From: Parcubacteria bacterium C7867-008
Lineage (GTDB): Bacteria > Patescibacteriota > Minisyncoccia > Phycocordibacterales > Phycocordibacteraceae
Reading direction: 5' to 3'
Assembly (NCBI GenBank): GCA_001189215.1
Contig: LFCR01000004.1
Span: 95,391 to 159,390, forward strand
Length of the DNA: 64,000 nucleotides
Positions within the stretch are counted from its first letter, which is position 1. Every line of letters begins with the position of its first letter. The notes under the pieces were generated by a model. That model searched no databases and was not told where the DNA came from. It was given only the letters and a program-made list of their open reading frames with translations. Both the position numbers and the translations under genes were made by a program. Of the stretch, positions 1 to 9,931 are shown piece by piece.

Positions 1-1785
1 ATCAAGCATGTTATTGATCCTATAACAGGTCACGAACAGACGGATCCTAAACATAAGAACAAAATCGTTGCCGTTGTGGAGCACGAAGGAAAGGTACTCA
101 CCATAAAGTGGCCAGAGGAACTTGGTGGAAGGTTGTTGGTAGGAGGTACTGCTGAAGAAGGTGAGGATCCTGCGGTGACTGCTGCACGTGAGATTCTTGA
201 GGAGACAGGCTACGCCGATCTTGAACTTGTTGAACAAGCACAGGAACAGGTCCATCATTCATACTTCGCCTTCTCAAAGAACCAAGCAACGATTGCCCAT
301 ACGACTCTTCTCCATTTCAGGCTCAGGAGTAACAGGATGGAGGAAACACAGCTTGAAGCTGATGAGATTGGTAAATTTACGGTTGAATGGGTTACTCCTG
401 ACGTTGCCCGCAAGGAGATACATGATGACCAGCATCAATACACGCTTGCACGATTCACTAACTACAGTGCCTATACCGGAAACGGTACACTCTCAAACTC
501 GGGTAGCTTCACCGGTCGTGATAACCGCGAAGCAATGGCAGACATTATTGAAGCAGTGGGTGGAGAGGTACGAACTAATTATCGTATTCGAGACTGGTTA
601 GTATCTCGTCAGCGCTATTGGGGTTGCCCAATACCAATTGTCTATGACCCAGAAGGAAACCCTCATGCCGTTCCGGCAGAGCATCTTCCCTGGACCCTTC
701 CAACAGATGTAGATTCTGATTCAGGAAAGGGCCAGTCTCCACTCAAAGCATCTAAGGAGCTTGCTGCTCGTGTAGAACAGATCTTCGGAGAAGGGTGGAC
801 TCCCGAATGTGACACCCTCGATGTGTTTGTAGATTCTTCTTGGTACTTCCTCCGATACTTGGATCCAAAAGATGAGCACGACTTTTCAAATCAGAGTCTA
901 ATGAAGAAGTGGCTTCCTGTAAATCGATACTCAGGTGGTAGCGAGCACACCACCGTACACCTACTCTACGCACGCTTCTTCTACAAAGCCCTCTACGATC
1001 TTGGTCTTGTTCCAACTTCCGAACCATTTTATGAGCGATTTAATCGTGGTCTCGTTCTAGACTCTGAGGGCCGCAAGATGAGCAAGCGTTGGGGTAACGT
1101 AGTGAACCCCGATGAGATGGTTAAGCTTTATGGTGCTGATGCGGTGCGTATGTACCTCGCATTTATGGGTCCATACAACGAAGCTGGCCACTATCCATGG
1201 AAACTTACCGGCGTAGAAGCAATGCGCAAGTTCTTGGACCGTATCGTAAGTCTTTCTGGACGTCTTTCTGATGAAGAACCATCTGAAGCCACGCTTCGAG
1301 TACTTGCTAAAGCAATTGATAAGGTTGGTACCGATATAACTCGCTTTAAGTACAATACAGCCATCTCAGGCTTAATGGTTCTCGTGAATGAGCTCGAGGC
1401 ACTTTCAGCCGTGCCTCGTAGGGCATATCATGATTTAATATCGCTTCTTGCTCCCTTTGCACCACACGTTGCTGAATATCTATACGAGAATGCTCTTCTG
1501 ACCAGTTCTCATGCAGGAGCAGTTGAAACAATCGAGATACCTAAGAGCGTGCATGAACTTGAGTGGCCGTTGGTTGATGAATCGCTTCTAACCACCGAAA
1601 CCATCATCATGGGAGTACAAATTGCCGGAAAACGACGTGGAGAAGTGTCTCTTAGTCTTGAAGCAACCGAAGAAGAGGCGGTTGCAGCCGCCCTTAGCCA
1701 GCCCGATGTCGCCAAGTTCCTAGAAGGGGGTACTCCAAGCCGGGTTATCTATGTTCCAGGACGAATCCTGAACCTAATACCCTAG
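1..1785 (+). CDS. leuS: Leucine--tRNA ligase, 5'-truncated by window edge, with an inserted Nudix domain
   Basis: Frame open from base 1. RDWLVSRQRYWGCPIP, DTLDVFVDSSWYFLRY and KMSKR motifs. Nudix box GGTAEEGEDPAVTAAREILEETG. Confidence 0.95.
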   Translation: MKHVIDPITGHEQTDPKHKNKIVAVVEHEGKVLTIKWPEELGGRLLVGGTAEEGEDPAVTAAREILEETGYADLELVEQAQEQVHHSYFAFSKNQATIAHTTLLHFRLRSNRMEETQLEADEIGKFTVEWVTPDVARKEIHDDQHQYTLARFTNYSAYTGNGTLSNSGSFTGRDNREAMADIIEAVGGEVRTNYRIRDWLVSRQRYWGCPIPIVYDPEGNPHAVPAEHLPWTLPTDVDSDSGKGQSPLKASKELAARVEQIFGEGWTPECDTLDVFVDSSWYFLRYLDPKDEHDFSNQSLMKKWLPVNRYSGGSEHTTVHLLYARFFYKALYDLGLVPTSEPFYERFNRGLVLDSEGRKMSKRWGNVVNPDEMVKLYGADAVRMYLAFMGPYNEAGHYPWKLTGVEAMRKFLDRIVSLSGRLSDEEPSEATLRVLAKAIDKVGTDITRFKYNTAISGLMVLVNELEALSAVPRRAYHDLISLLAPFAPHVAEYLYENALLTSSHAGAVETIEIPKSVHELEWPLVDESLLTTETIIMGVQIAGKRRGEVSLSLEATEEEAVAAALSQPDVAKFLEGGTPSRVIYVPGRILNLIP

Positions 1786-1816
1786 ACATTTGATATAAAT
1801 GTATCATTATGATTAG

Positions 1817-1848
1817 AGATTATATGGCCTATATAGGCCATATAATCT
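1817..1848. promoter_or_regulatory. Perfect 32-bp palindrome containing a TATAAT -10 box
   Basis: AGATTATATGGCCTAT|ATAGGCCATATAATCT. Confidence 0.6.
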
Positions 1849-1945
1849 ACCCCTTCATCCATTCTGGAGCTTAAAATCGCTTGACAGAAGGGGGCTGGAC
1901 TGATAGTCTATTGAGGTAAAGACGGCGTAAGCCGTTTTTGCATTT

Positions 1946-2560
1946 ATGCCTTTTCTGATATCAACCCTGGTGGGTCTTATGGTTTTGCCAGCGGGTATAG
2001 CAGGTCCGATTCCTACTAATGCAACAGTAGCGACTACCACGGTAGCAGCTCCTACAGCACCGGTAAGTTTCAAGCTTGTAACCCCTGGAACGAAGGAAGC
2101 GGAAACGCCCTTCACGACCAAGCTCACCGCATATAACGCCGTGCCTTCACAAACTGATGGTAATCCCTTTGTGACGGCAAGCGGCTCGTTCTCAAACCCT
2201 GAAGTTGTTGCTGCACGTTCTGGCGACCTCGCGAAGGATCTTCCTTTCGGAACGATCATCTCGATTGAACGCTCTGCTGCTGACACTCCTGCTTGTAACT
2301 ACAGCACGGTGTCTCATCAGATCGGATATCGTGTTATCGCGGACTCCATGAATGCACGCATCACGAACACGGTCGACGTTCTTCTCGATGAGAATGACAC
2401 GGTCGTGGTCAACGGAAGGACGGTTAATCCAGGCATTGCGCTTGGTATCTGTGGACAGGTAACGGTGCGTGTAGTCGGCCATATTGGCGTCAAGGATATT
2501 CCTAAGACCCAGGCTGAACTCGCGTCATACGTTACTCCGTCTGCACTTGCAACCCGATAA
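1946..2560 (+). CDS. 3D-domain (MltA-like) cell-wall protein with signal peptide
   Basis: TAYNAVPSQTDGNPFVTASG, lPFGTiisi and DSMNARITNTVDV motifs; hydrophobic N-terminus. Confidence 0.75.
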   Translation: MPFLISTLVGLMVLPAGIAGPIPTNATVATTTVAAPTAPVSFKLVTPGTKEAETPFTTKLTAYNAVPSQTDGNPFVTASGSFSNPEVVAARSGDLAKDLPFGTIISIERSAADTPACNYSTVSHQIGYRVIADSMNARITNTVDVLLDENDTVVVNGRTVNPGIALGICGQVTVRVVGHIGVKDIPKTQAELASYVTPSALATR

Positions 2561-2686
2561 TTTCACGAAACGAAATAACACACACTCGGCAGAGATGCCG
2601 GGCGTGTGTTGTTTTATATATGTAGCTTCATGAAGCGTAGTAAGGAATGCTATTCAAAGCCGTCTCCATAAAATATACTCATATGG

Positions 2687-3933
2687 ATATGAACAAACGA
2701 TCTTTCCTCTCCCTTTTTGCACTCATAGTGCTACTTAGCACTAGCGCACCCACCGCATTTGCTGCTACCAAAAAACCAACCACTACAGCAGCAACCACAT
2801 TTGAAGTCTCAGGATGGATTCCGTATTGGCGTACTGAGGCTGGTACTGCAGATACTATTCCGCATCTATCCCAACTCACTGAAGTGAACCCTTTTGGCTA
2901 TACCGTTAAGAGTGACGGTACCCTTAATGATGCCGCAAATATTAAAAGCTCCTCTTGGCAGAAACTGATAAAGGAAGCTCGCGCAAAGAAAGTACGGGTC
3001 GTACCTACCGTAATGTGGAGTGATACCGCTTCAATCCATAGGATACTTTCTGATTCGAAGCTCCGCGCTAAGCATATAAAGTCCATCGTATCGGTTGTTA
3101 AGGAAAACAACTTTGATGGTATTGATATCGACTACGAAGGTAAGCTGGCAGAAGACAAGGACAACTATTCCGCCTTCCTAAAGGAACTCTCTGCAGAGTT
3201 TGCTAAAGATAAAGCAAATAAATGGCTCATGTGTACCATTGAGGCACGTACACCACCAGATTCTCTCTATTCAAACCCAAGTGCGGTAAACATTCAGTAT
3301 GCAAATGATTTCACTGCAATTAATACGTACTGCGATCGTGTGCGCCTTATGACTTACGATCAGCAAACGGCTGATATTAAGCTGAACGCAGCACACAAGA
3401 AAGAGCTCTATGCACCTATTGCTGACCCAGAATGGGTTAAGAAAGTAGTAGCACTTACCACACAGACTATCGACAAGAAGAAACTGGTCCTCGGTATCGC
3501 AACCTATGGGTACATCTACCAGGTTATGCCGTATTCAGACGCTAGTGGGTATAGCTACACAAAACTAGAGGCATTTAATCCGAAGTACGGTGTAGACACT
3601 GCTGCAGCGAACGGTATTACCCCAACGCGTAACGCTGCTGGTGAGCTCTCCTTCACGTACGTACCAAAGAGCACGGTATCGGCACTTCCTTCAAACAGTG
3701 TGCTTTCTGCACTTGCTCCCAAAGGTACAAATTCAGGTAACCTCGCAGCAGCTGGTGCACTTGCTCTTGCTAAGACCAAAGGGAAGCAAGCTCCTGTACA
3801 GCTACTCTGGTGGAGTGATGCTCAGGCAATAAAAGACAAGGTTGTTCTAGCAAAAAAGCTTGGTTTACGTGGCGTTGCTGTCTTTAAGTTTGATGGTGGC
3901 CAAGATCCACAGATGTGGAGTGTGCTTAAATAG
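2687..3933 (+). CDS. Secreted glycoside hydrolase family 18
   Basis: FDGIDIDYE catalytic motif, LMTYD, LGLRGVAVF; signal peptide; start chosen after TATACT. Confidence 0.85.
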
Positions 3934-3950
3934 AGTATTCTAGACAGAAT

Positions 3951-4391
3951 ATGGCTACAAGAAGGAAATACATTCCGGGCGACTTTGTGCTTACACCTAA
4001 GCGTTCAAGTGCAGGTATTGGATTATTTGCAGGACAAGATATTGCAAAGAATGAATGCGTTATTGAATACGTGGGACGAGAGGTGCCTGAAGCAGAACAA
4101 TATACCAACAACAGTCGTTACCTCTTTGGTATAGGTAGCAAACGTATGGTGGATGGGAAACCTAAGATCAATAAGGCAGGGTATATCAATCACTCTTGTG
4201 CACCGAACTGCGAACCAGTGATCCACAAAGGCCGTATCTTCATCTTCTCGATAAAGCCAATCAAAGTGGGTGATGAACTCACTTATGACTACGGGGCGGA
4301 ATACTTTAACGACATCATCCTTGGAGACGGAGGCTGCAAGTGTGCAAAGTGTGCCGTTACCGGAAAAGGTCAGAAGAAACGACGAGACTAG
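3951..4391 (+). CDS. SET-domain protein-lysine methyltransferase
   Basis: GIGLFA, INHSCAPN, ELTYDYG, post-SET CKCAKC. Confidence 0.9.
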   Translation: MATRRKYIPGDFVLTPKRSSAGIGLFAGQDIAKNECVIEYVGREVPEAEQYTNNSRYLFGIGSKRMVDGKPKINKAGYINHSCAPNCEPVIHKGRIFIFSIKPIKVGDELTYDYGAEYFNDIILGDGGCKCAKCAVTGKGQKKRRD

Positions 4392-5263
4392 TCGAACAGA
4401 GAGGCGAGATATCCGTTGATCTCCCGTTGATCAAGGTCATAAAAGAACTTCCCATCATCATGAAGTTTGGTCGCAAGGTCTATTCCAACGAAACGCCAAT
4501 GCCATGGTTCAAACTGATAGTATCCGTTTGATTTTGGATAAGAGAGTATGAATCCATACTTGTATGCGTTCTTGTTGAGCCATGCATATGCTTCAGTCTT
4601 CTCAAATCCACTGAAGGTTCCCCCTACAGACTTGGTGGTGAGGTCGAGTGCTGTACCAAGCTGATGCTCGGAATACCCCTGATCCGCTGAGAAGGCATTA
4701 GCAGAGCCTGCACCGTAGGTAATCTTATAACTCGCCTTTAAAGCCGCCTGAGTGCCAAATGAGCGGTATGCAGAGGCAATGAGGATGTCTATGTCATCAT
4801 CTTTTGCGCCTTCAAGGAGATCTTCTAGATGATTCCTGATTTCAGAATGTATTTCAAAGTTCCTGCTCGGCTCAAATAAGTACTCCGAATCGATAGGAGA
4901 CAGCGCAGAAGGGATGTAGTTCTCATTGAGGAAGTACACTTTGGAGTATTTGGCGAGAAGCTGTGGATCCGTCTGTGCAAGCTTGTTTAACTTCCCAACC
5001 GTACTACCAAGACTTCGTATCTGAGAATCAAACTGATCATTCTTCTGCTTCTCACTTGTGAAGGCATCTTGGAGGGAATTGCGATCATCGGTAACCTGAA
5101 CGAGAGACTTCTGTAGAGAAAGAGAGCGTTCTGTGCTGGAAGCAAGTTCAGCCTGAGTCGCCACTAACTTTGTGTGCTCCTGATAGTACAAGTACGCACC
5201 GGTACCAACTCCTACGAGAACAGCTCCGCATAGGGCAATAATGGCGATCCGGGCCGGAGTCAT
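4388..5263 (-). CDS. M15 (VanY-like) D-Ala-D-Ala carboxypeptidase with TM anchor and coiled coil
   Basis: SAYRS, SEHQLGTALD, EPWHWR. Confidence 0.88.
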   Translation of the reverse strand: MTPARIAIIALCGAVLVGVGTGAYLYYQEHTKLVATQAELASSTERSLSLQKSLVQVTDDRNSLQDAFTSEKQKNDQFDSQIRSLGSTVGKLNKLAQTDPQLLAKYSKVYFLNENYIPSALSPIDSEYLFEPSRNFEIHSEIRNHLEDLLEGAKDDDIDILIASAYRSFGTQAALKASYKITYGAGSANAFSADQGYSEHQLGTALDLTTKSVGGTFSGFEKTEAYAWLNKNAYKYGFILSYPKSNGYYQFEPWHWRFVGIDLATKLHDDGKFFYDLDQREINGYLASLFD

Positions 5264-5294
5264 GTCTGTATAGTACACGCCCTAACGGCTTCGT

Positions 5295-5522
5295 CTATGA
5301 AGGCTTGAGCCATCGCTGAACCGTTGGCTGGAACAGGGCACGTGCCTGTACATATAGACTCTTACCCCAGGTTCGCACTGAAGAAACACTACGTGATGTA
5401 GCTTTAGCAAAGTCAGGGCGGAGTGAAAATACTATTCCGACGATGCCACAAAAGATGGCTCCCACCACCAAGAGAAGGGTGCTGGTGACCGCCAGAAAGA
5501 CTACACGTTCGTACATAAGCAT
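5295..5522 (-). CDS. Small membrane protein, hypothetical
   Basis: Single long hydrophobic stretch; fills the intergenic gap. Confidence 0.45.
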   Translation of the reverse strand: MLMYERVVFLAVTSTLLLVVGAIFCGIVGIVFSLRPDFAKATSRSVSSVRTWGKSLYVQARALFQPTVQRWLKPS

Positions 5523-5614
5523 ATGTTTGATTCTTGCGTACTACCATAAAAGAATCGATGAAGGCAAGGAATTCATTTGTCTGAACGGCACTTATGGTGT
5601 AGCTTCGATAAGAT

Positions 5615-7015
5615 ATGGAACAACGTAAATATACAAAGATCGTCGCGACGATCGGTCCGAAAACAGAGTCTGAAGAAACACTATCCCGCCTCATCCAGGC
5701 GGGAATGAACGTCATGCGCTTGAATATGAGCCATGGTGATCAAGCGGAGCATGGTGCACGTATCGTAAATGGACGTGCAGCAGCTGAAAAGCTTGGCGAA
5801 CCCATTGGTATTCTTATGGACCTCTCTGGTCCTAAGATTCGTACCGGTATGTATGAAACAGAGCGCATAACTATTGAGAATGGTGCAAAGCTCACCCTCA
5901 CTACTGAAGAAGCCATTGGTACCACTTCACGCATCTATGTGAACTACCGCAAACTTCCACAAGAAGTGAAGCCTGGTTCCGTGATCATGCTCGATGACGG
6001 CAAAAAGAAGCTTGTCGTTGATTCCATCGAAGGAACAGAAGTGCACTGCACCGTGGTGGTTGGTGGTGAACTAAAGGCACGTCGTGGAGTGAACATTCCT
6101 GGTGCATACCTCACGATCGATACCATCACCGAGAAAGATCGCGATGATCTCGCATTCGGTATTAAGCAGGGTATTGATATGGTTGCACTATCCTTTGTGC
6201 GCAGACCTGAAGACATTACGGAACTTCGTGAGATTCTAAAGACGCTTGGGGCTCCAACCCTTCCAATCATTTCTAAGATTGAGACTCAGGAAGCAATTGA
6301 TAACCTTGATGCAATCATCACTGCTTCAGACGGCATCATGGTTGCTCGTGGAGACCTCGCTATTGAGATTCCCGCAGAACAGGTACCGCGTTGGCAGAAG
6401 GAAATGATCCGTAAGTCTAATGAGCAGGGTAAGCCAGTCATCACTGCTACCCAGCTTCTTGAGTCCATGATCACCAGCCCGGTTCCAACCCGTGCTGAAG
6501 TATCAGACGTCGCTAATGCAGTATTCGATGGCACTGATGCGGTGATGCTTTCAGAGGAAAGCACGCTTGGTGCATTCCCCGTTGAAGCCGTTGAGACTCT
6601 CGCTCGTGTGGCTCGTGCTTCGGAAGCAGCCATCACACCGCCTGTTGCGGTATCTACTATCCCAGACACCGTTACTCATGCGGTAGCTCGTGCCGCTGAA
6701 GAGCTTAATGCAAAGGCAATTGTTGCCCTAACAGAATCAGGTACCACGGCTCGCATCACCGCACGGTTCCATCCTCACTGCCCGGTGATTGCACTTACTC
6801 CAAGCGAATCAACCCGCAAGTCTCTCGCACTCTCACGTGGCGTATATCCATACACCATCAAGCAGCTGGGCTCTCTTGAAGAGACCCTCGCATTCATTCC
6901 TGGTTTCCTTATGGAAAAGGGGTATGCAACGACCGGCGACACGGTACTGGTTACTGCAGGCCTTAGCTTTGGTGTTGCTGGTTCAACAAACCTTCTCGTG
7001 GCAATTACGCTCTAA
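5615..7015 (+). CDS. pyk: Pyruvate kinase
   Basis: TKIVATIGP, RLNMSHG, DGIMVARGDLAIE, PTRAEVSDVANA. Confidence 0.97.
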   Translation: MEQRKYTKIVATIGPKTESEETLSRLIQAGMNVMRLNMSHGDQAEHGARIVNGRAAAEKLGEPIGILMDLSGPKIRTGMYETERITIENGAKLTLTTEEAIGTTSRIYVNYRKLPQEVKPGSVIMLDDGKKKLVVDSIEGTEVHCTVVVGGELKARRGVNIPGAYLTIDTITEKDRDDLAFGIKQGIDMVALSFVRRPEDITELREILKTLGAPTLPIISKIETQEAIDNLDAIITASDGIMVARGDLAIEIPAEQVPRWQKEMIRKSNEQGKPVITATQLLESMITSPVPTRAEVSDVANAVFDGTDAVMLSEESTLGAFPVEAVETLARVARASEAAITPPVAVSTIPDTVTHAVARAAEELNAKAIVALTESGTTARITARFHPHCPVIALTPSESTRKSLALSRGVYPYTIKQLGSLEETLAFIPGFLMEKGYATTGDTVLVTAGLSFGVAGSTNLLVAITL

Positions 7016-7692
7016 GGGTATCCCGGGTAGTATTCGATCTTAAAATCGTCTACCCATTCAGTGCCGGGAATAATACTCAGCACCTTACCGAATATCTTGG
7101 AATCCTCCTCTTTCACAACGATAGGGGAGTAATTTCCGTACTTATTCTCAGGAATGAGGTACACCACCTCATCAATCCTCTGGTACTGCTTAATAACTGC
7201 CATGTTACCGAGCACCGCTACCACACGGTCTCCATCACCCACATCATCTGTTACTTCAACAATGACATAGTCCCCGTTACGAATACCGGCATCGATCATA
7301 CTGTCTCCAACTGCACGTACAGCTACGATATTCGTGTGTGTTCCAACAAAGGAGCGATCAACCGTGATGAACTCACCAAACTCATTCTGCGCATACACTT
7401 CAACTGCGTCACACCCCGCTGAAGCTATAACCGGTATCTGCACTACGCCTGAATGCGCAAAGGGAAACTGCGTATCAAGAATAGTGATACTACGATGTTG
7501 ATGACGATCCCGCTTAGTGAAGCCTTTACGCTCAAGTGCCTCAAGCCTTTGTGTCACACTGCGCAGTGAGCGTAGCTTTAACCCATCACGAAGCTCTGAA
7601 ATGGTCGGTGCCTGATCGTTGTTCGCAACATACGTACGAATAAAAGAGAGAGTTTCCTCTTGCGCACCGGTGAGAGTTCGATGCAGTGCCAT
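7012..7692 (-). CDS. lexA: LexA-family repressor (wHTH + S24 peptidase)
   Basis: PTISELRDGLKLRS winged helix, IASAG cleavage site, VGDSM Ser, AVIK Lys. Confidence 0.85.
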   Translation of the reverse strand: MALHRTLTGAQEETLSFIRTYVANNDQAPTISELRDGLKLRSLRSVTQRLEALERKGFTKRDRHQHRSITILDTQFPFAHSGVVQIPVIASAGCDAVEVYAQNEFGEFITVDRSFVGTHTNIVAVRAVGDSMIDAGIRNGDYVIVEVTDDVGDGDRVVAVLGNMAVIKQYQRIDEVVYLIPENKYGNYSPIVVKEEDSKIFGKVLSIIPGTEWVDDFKIEYYPGYP

Positions 7693-7720
7693 ATACAAAT
7701 AGAATACCTGAGAATCATTT

Positions 7721-7776
7721 CACACAAGAGAAGTTGTGTGTGGATAAACACACAAGTATGTACACAACATACACAA
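7721..7776. promoter_or_regulatory. Candidate LexA operator cluster
   Basis: CACACAA-N6-TTGTGTG, overlapping TTGTGTGT-N6-ACACACAA, and further ACACAA direct repeats just upstream of lexA. Confidence 0.45.
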
Positions 7777-7791
7777 CTTATATTCCACTAT

Positions 7792-7844
7792 AAAAGAAAA
7801 CAGCCTCACTGCGTTCGCACGATAGTTGGTGCGAGGCAGTGAGG
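7792..7844 (-). terminator. Intrinsic terminator of the PEP-CTERM gene
   Basis: GCCTCACTGC...GCAGTGAGGC stem followed on the minus strand by TTTTCTTTT. Confidence 0.65.
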
Positions 7845-7870
7845 CCATTTTGGCGTGTCATGGTTGTAGG

Positions 7871-8629
7871 TTAGGCGTAGGCGCGACGCCGGCGACGAAT
7901 CGAGGCGCCGGCCAGGCCGAAGCCCAGGATCATCATCGCCCAGGTAGCCGGTTCGGGCACGCCGGGAAGTTCCGGAGGCGTGATGATGATCGGCGGATCC
8001 ACGTCGGTCTGCAGTCGCCTCAGGATGCTCACGTTGTCGATGCCGAGACCGTCGCCCAGGAAGCCGGATTCGGGCAGGAAGACGTCAGGGTTGCTGACGA
8101 ACGTGGCCCGAAGGTTGATGCGACTGATCACGTCGTAGTCCGTAGCGATGAAGGCCACCGTCCGATAGCTCCGGTAGAGGAGGTCGTTCAGGCGACCGTC
8201 GAGGATGATCACGCCGTGGTTGTCGATGACCTGGAAGTCCAGCTCGATCGGGAAGAGGTCCGGCCGGCTGTTGATGTTCTGGAAGACGTCGACGGTCAGG
8301 TTGTTGAAGTAGGTGCCGTCGGCCAACTCCAGAGTGGTGAAGCCGGTTGCGAAACCATCCCCACCGATCAGAAGCGGAGCCCAGCTTTTGTTGCCGGGGA
8401 CCAAAATGCTGCTGATGCCGCTGGCCAGGCCAGTGTAGGAAGCCTTCACACCCGACGAGCTGAGATAGGTCTTGGTCGCGGTGAAGGTCGGCTGGCTCGA
8501 GAAGTCAGCCCTCGTGAGAGACTCGAGCGACGTTCCGTAGAGAGCCGTCACACCGGCATACGCCGGAGCGGAAGTGACCAGAGCGAGTGCGCCGGCCAAT
8601 CCCAACAGGTAGTGAAGAGAATTCTTCAT
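7871..8629 (-). CDS. PEPxxWA-CTERM sorting-domain protein (GC-rich)
   Basis: Signal peptide; C-terminus VPEPATWAMMILGFGLAGASIRRRRRAYA. Confidence 0.9.
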   Translation of the reverse strand: MKNSLHYLLGLAGALALVTSAPAYAGVTALYGTSLESLTRADFSSQPTFTATKTYLSSSGVKASYTGLASGISSILVPGNKSWAPLLIGGDGFATGFTTLELADGTYFNNLTVDVFQNINSRPDLFPIELDFQVIDNHGVIILDGRLNDLLYRSYRTVAFIATDYDVISRINLRATFVSNPDVFLPESGFLGDGLGIDNVSILRRLQTDVDPPIIITPPELPGVPEPATWAMMILGFGLAGASIRRRRRAYA

Positions 8630-9010
8630 TCTTAACCCCATCTTGGTTTGAGACTCGGCGCGGCCGAGTTAACGGCCACACCCTTTCGGTAGATCCTGAG
8701 GAAGTGAGCGTTTTAAGGGCCATATATGGTCCACAAAACGCTCACTTCCTTCTAAAACCATGAGTTTTAAAAGGACCCGTAACTGCCCGTAGCATACTAA
8801 AGTTGACATTTATGTCAAGGTATTGTGATCGCATCTTCATGAAGGAATATTTGCATAAATCAGATATTTAGGTTATAAAAATACAAGCAGTTCTTTATAT
8901 ATTCCTGATTTCCCGCACCCAAAAGCACTTCTGAGTCTTTTCAGGAACGTTGTTGGGTACGGGAAATCAGGACATTTGTCGTTTCTGATCGTGCTCAAGG
9001 GGACTTGAAT

Positions 9011-9787
9011 ATGCGTTTTGCGACCATCTTCGCGGCTGCGGCCGTTCTCTCGCTCTCGGCGGGCGCCGCTTTCGCGGACAGCCTGAATGACTTCTCGGCT
9101 CCGTTGACGCTCAGCGCCACTCCGGGGCCGGGCGTCTGGTCCGTCGACCGGTTTCCGCCGGCGACCTTTCAGTCGCAGGTCGCGTACGGCGGCCACGCCA
9201 ACACGCTCGAAATCGGCACCGTCGCGGCCGACTACCACGGCGGCACCTTCACCGACACACAGGGCAGGGCGACGAAGCTCGAGTCTGGGACCACGTTCGT
9301 GAGCGCGCAGATCTACATCGATCCGGGGTACCTCGACACCCGGTCCGATGCGCGTCTCGCGGAACTCTGGGGCGTCGGCACCGACGGCCTCGACATCACT
9401 GCCTACCCCCTTCTCGGGGTGGCGCGGGTGAGCGATCACCTCGAATACAAGGCTTGGAACACTCTCGGTGGCTTCTTCAGCCTCGGGACCATCGCTGCGT
9501 CCGACATCGGCACGTGGCAGACCATCAGCTACAAGCTGGACGGCGCGAACATCCTCTACGGCGCAGGGTCCTTCACCGGCATGACCGGGGCTCTGGGCAC
9601 CACGAGCTTCGACAGCGCCATCGTGCAGGCCATCAATACCGGCGGCAATCGCACGCACCACTTCGACAACCTGTTCACCAGCACCGGCGCGGTTCCCGAA
9701 CCGGCGACCTGGGCGATGATGATCCTGGGCTTCGGCGGCGTAGGCCTCACGGTCCGCCGGCGCCGCGGCGTCATGGCGGTGGCCTAG
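9011..9787 (+). CDS. PEPxxWA-CTERM sorting-domain protein (GC-rich)
   Basis: Signal peptide ending AAFA; C-terminus VPEPATWAMMILGFGGVGLTVRRRRG; SD AAGGGG. Confidence 0.9.
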   Translation: MRFATIFAAAAVLSLSAGAAFADSLNDFSAPLTLSATPGPGVWSVDRFPPATFQSQVAYGGHANTLEIGTVAADYHGGTFTDTQGRATKLESGTTFVSAQIYIDPGYLDTRSDARLAELWGVGTDGLDITAYPLLGVARVSDHLEYKAWNTLGGFFSLGTIAASDIGTWQTISYKLDGANILYGAGSFTGMTGALGTTSFDSAIVQAINTGGNRTHHFDNLFTSTGAVPEPATWAMMILGFGGVGLTVRRRRGVMAVA

Positions 9788-9931
9788 CCACCCCGAACGA
9801 CAAGATCGACCTCAAGGTCGACAACCAACACTTGGGCCCGCTTTGTTGCGGGCCCATTCTTTTATATTGCTGTATTTGACATTTAATATATTTTGTGTAT
9901 ATTGTGTGAGGTAAATGGGGAGTATGAACAC

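Noticed and set aside
7739-7747. Perfect DnaA box (TGTGGATAA), suggesting oriC
   Set aside because: Single copy, no cluster and no dnaA nearby
7826-9661. Long antisense ORFs 7826-8635 and 8873-9661 (also 31904-32545 and 40366-40860)
   Set aside because: Shadow frames of GC-rich genes that have clear signals on the opposite strand
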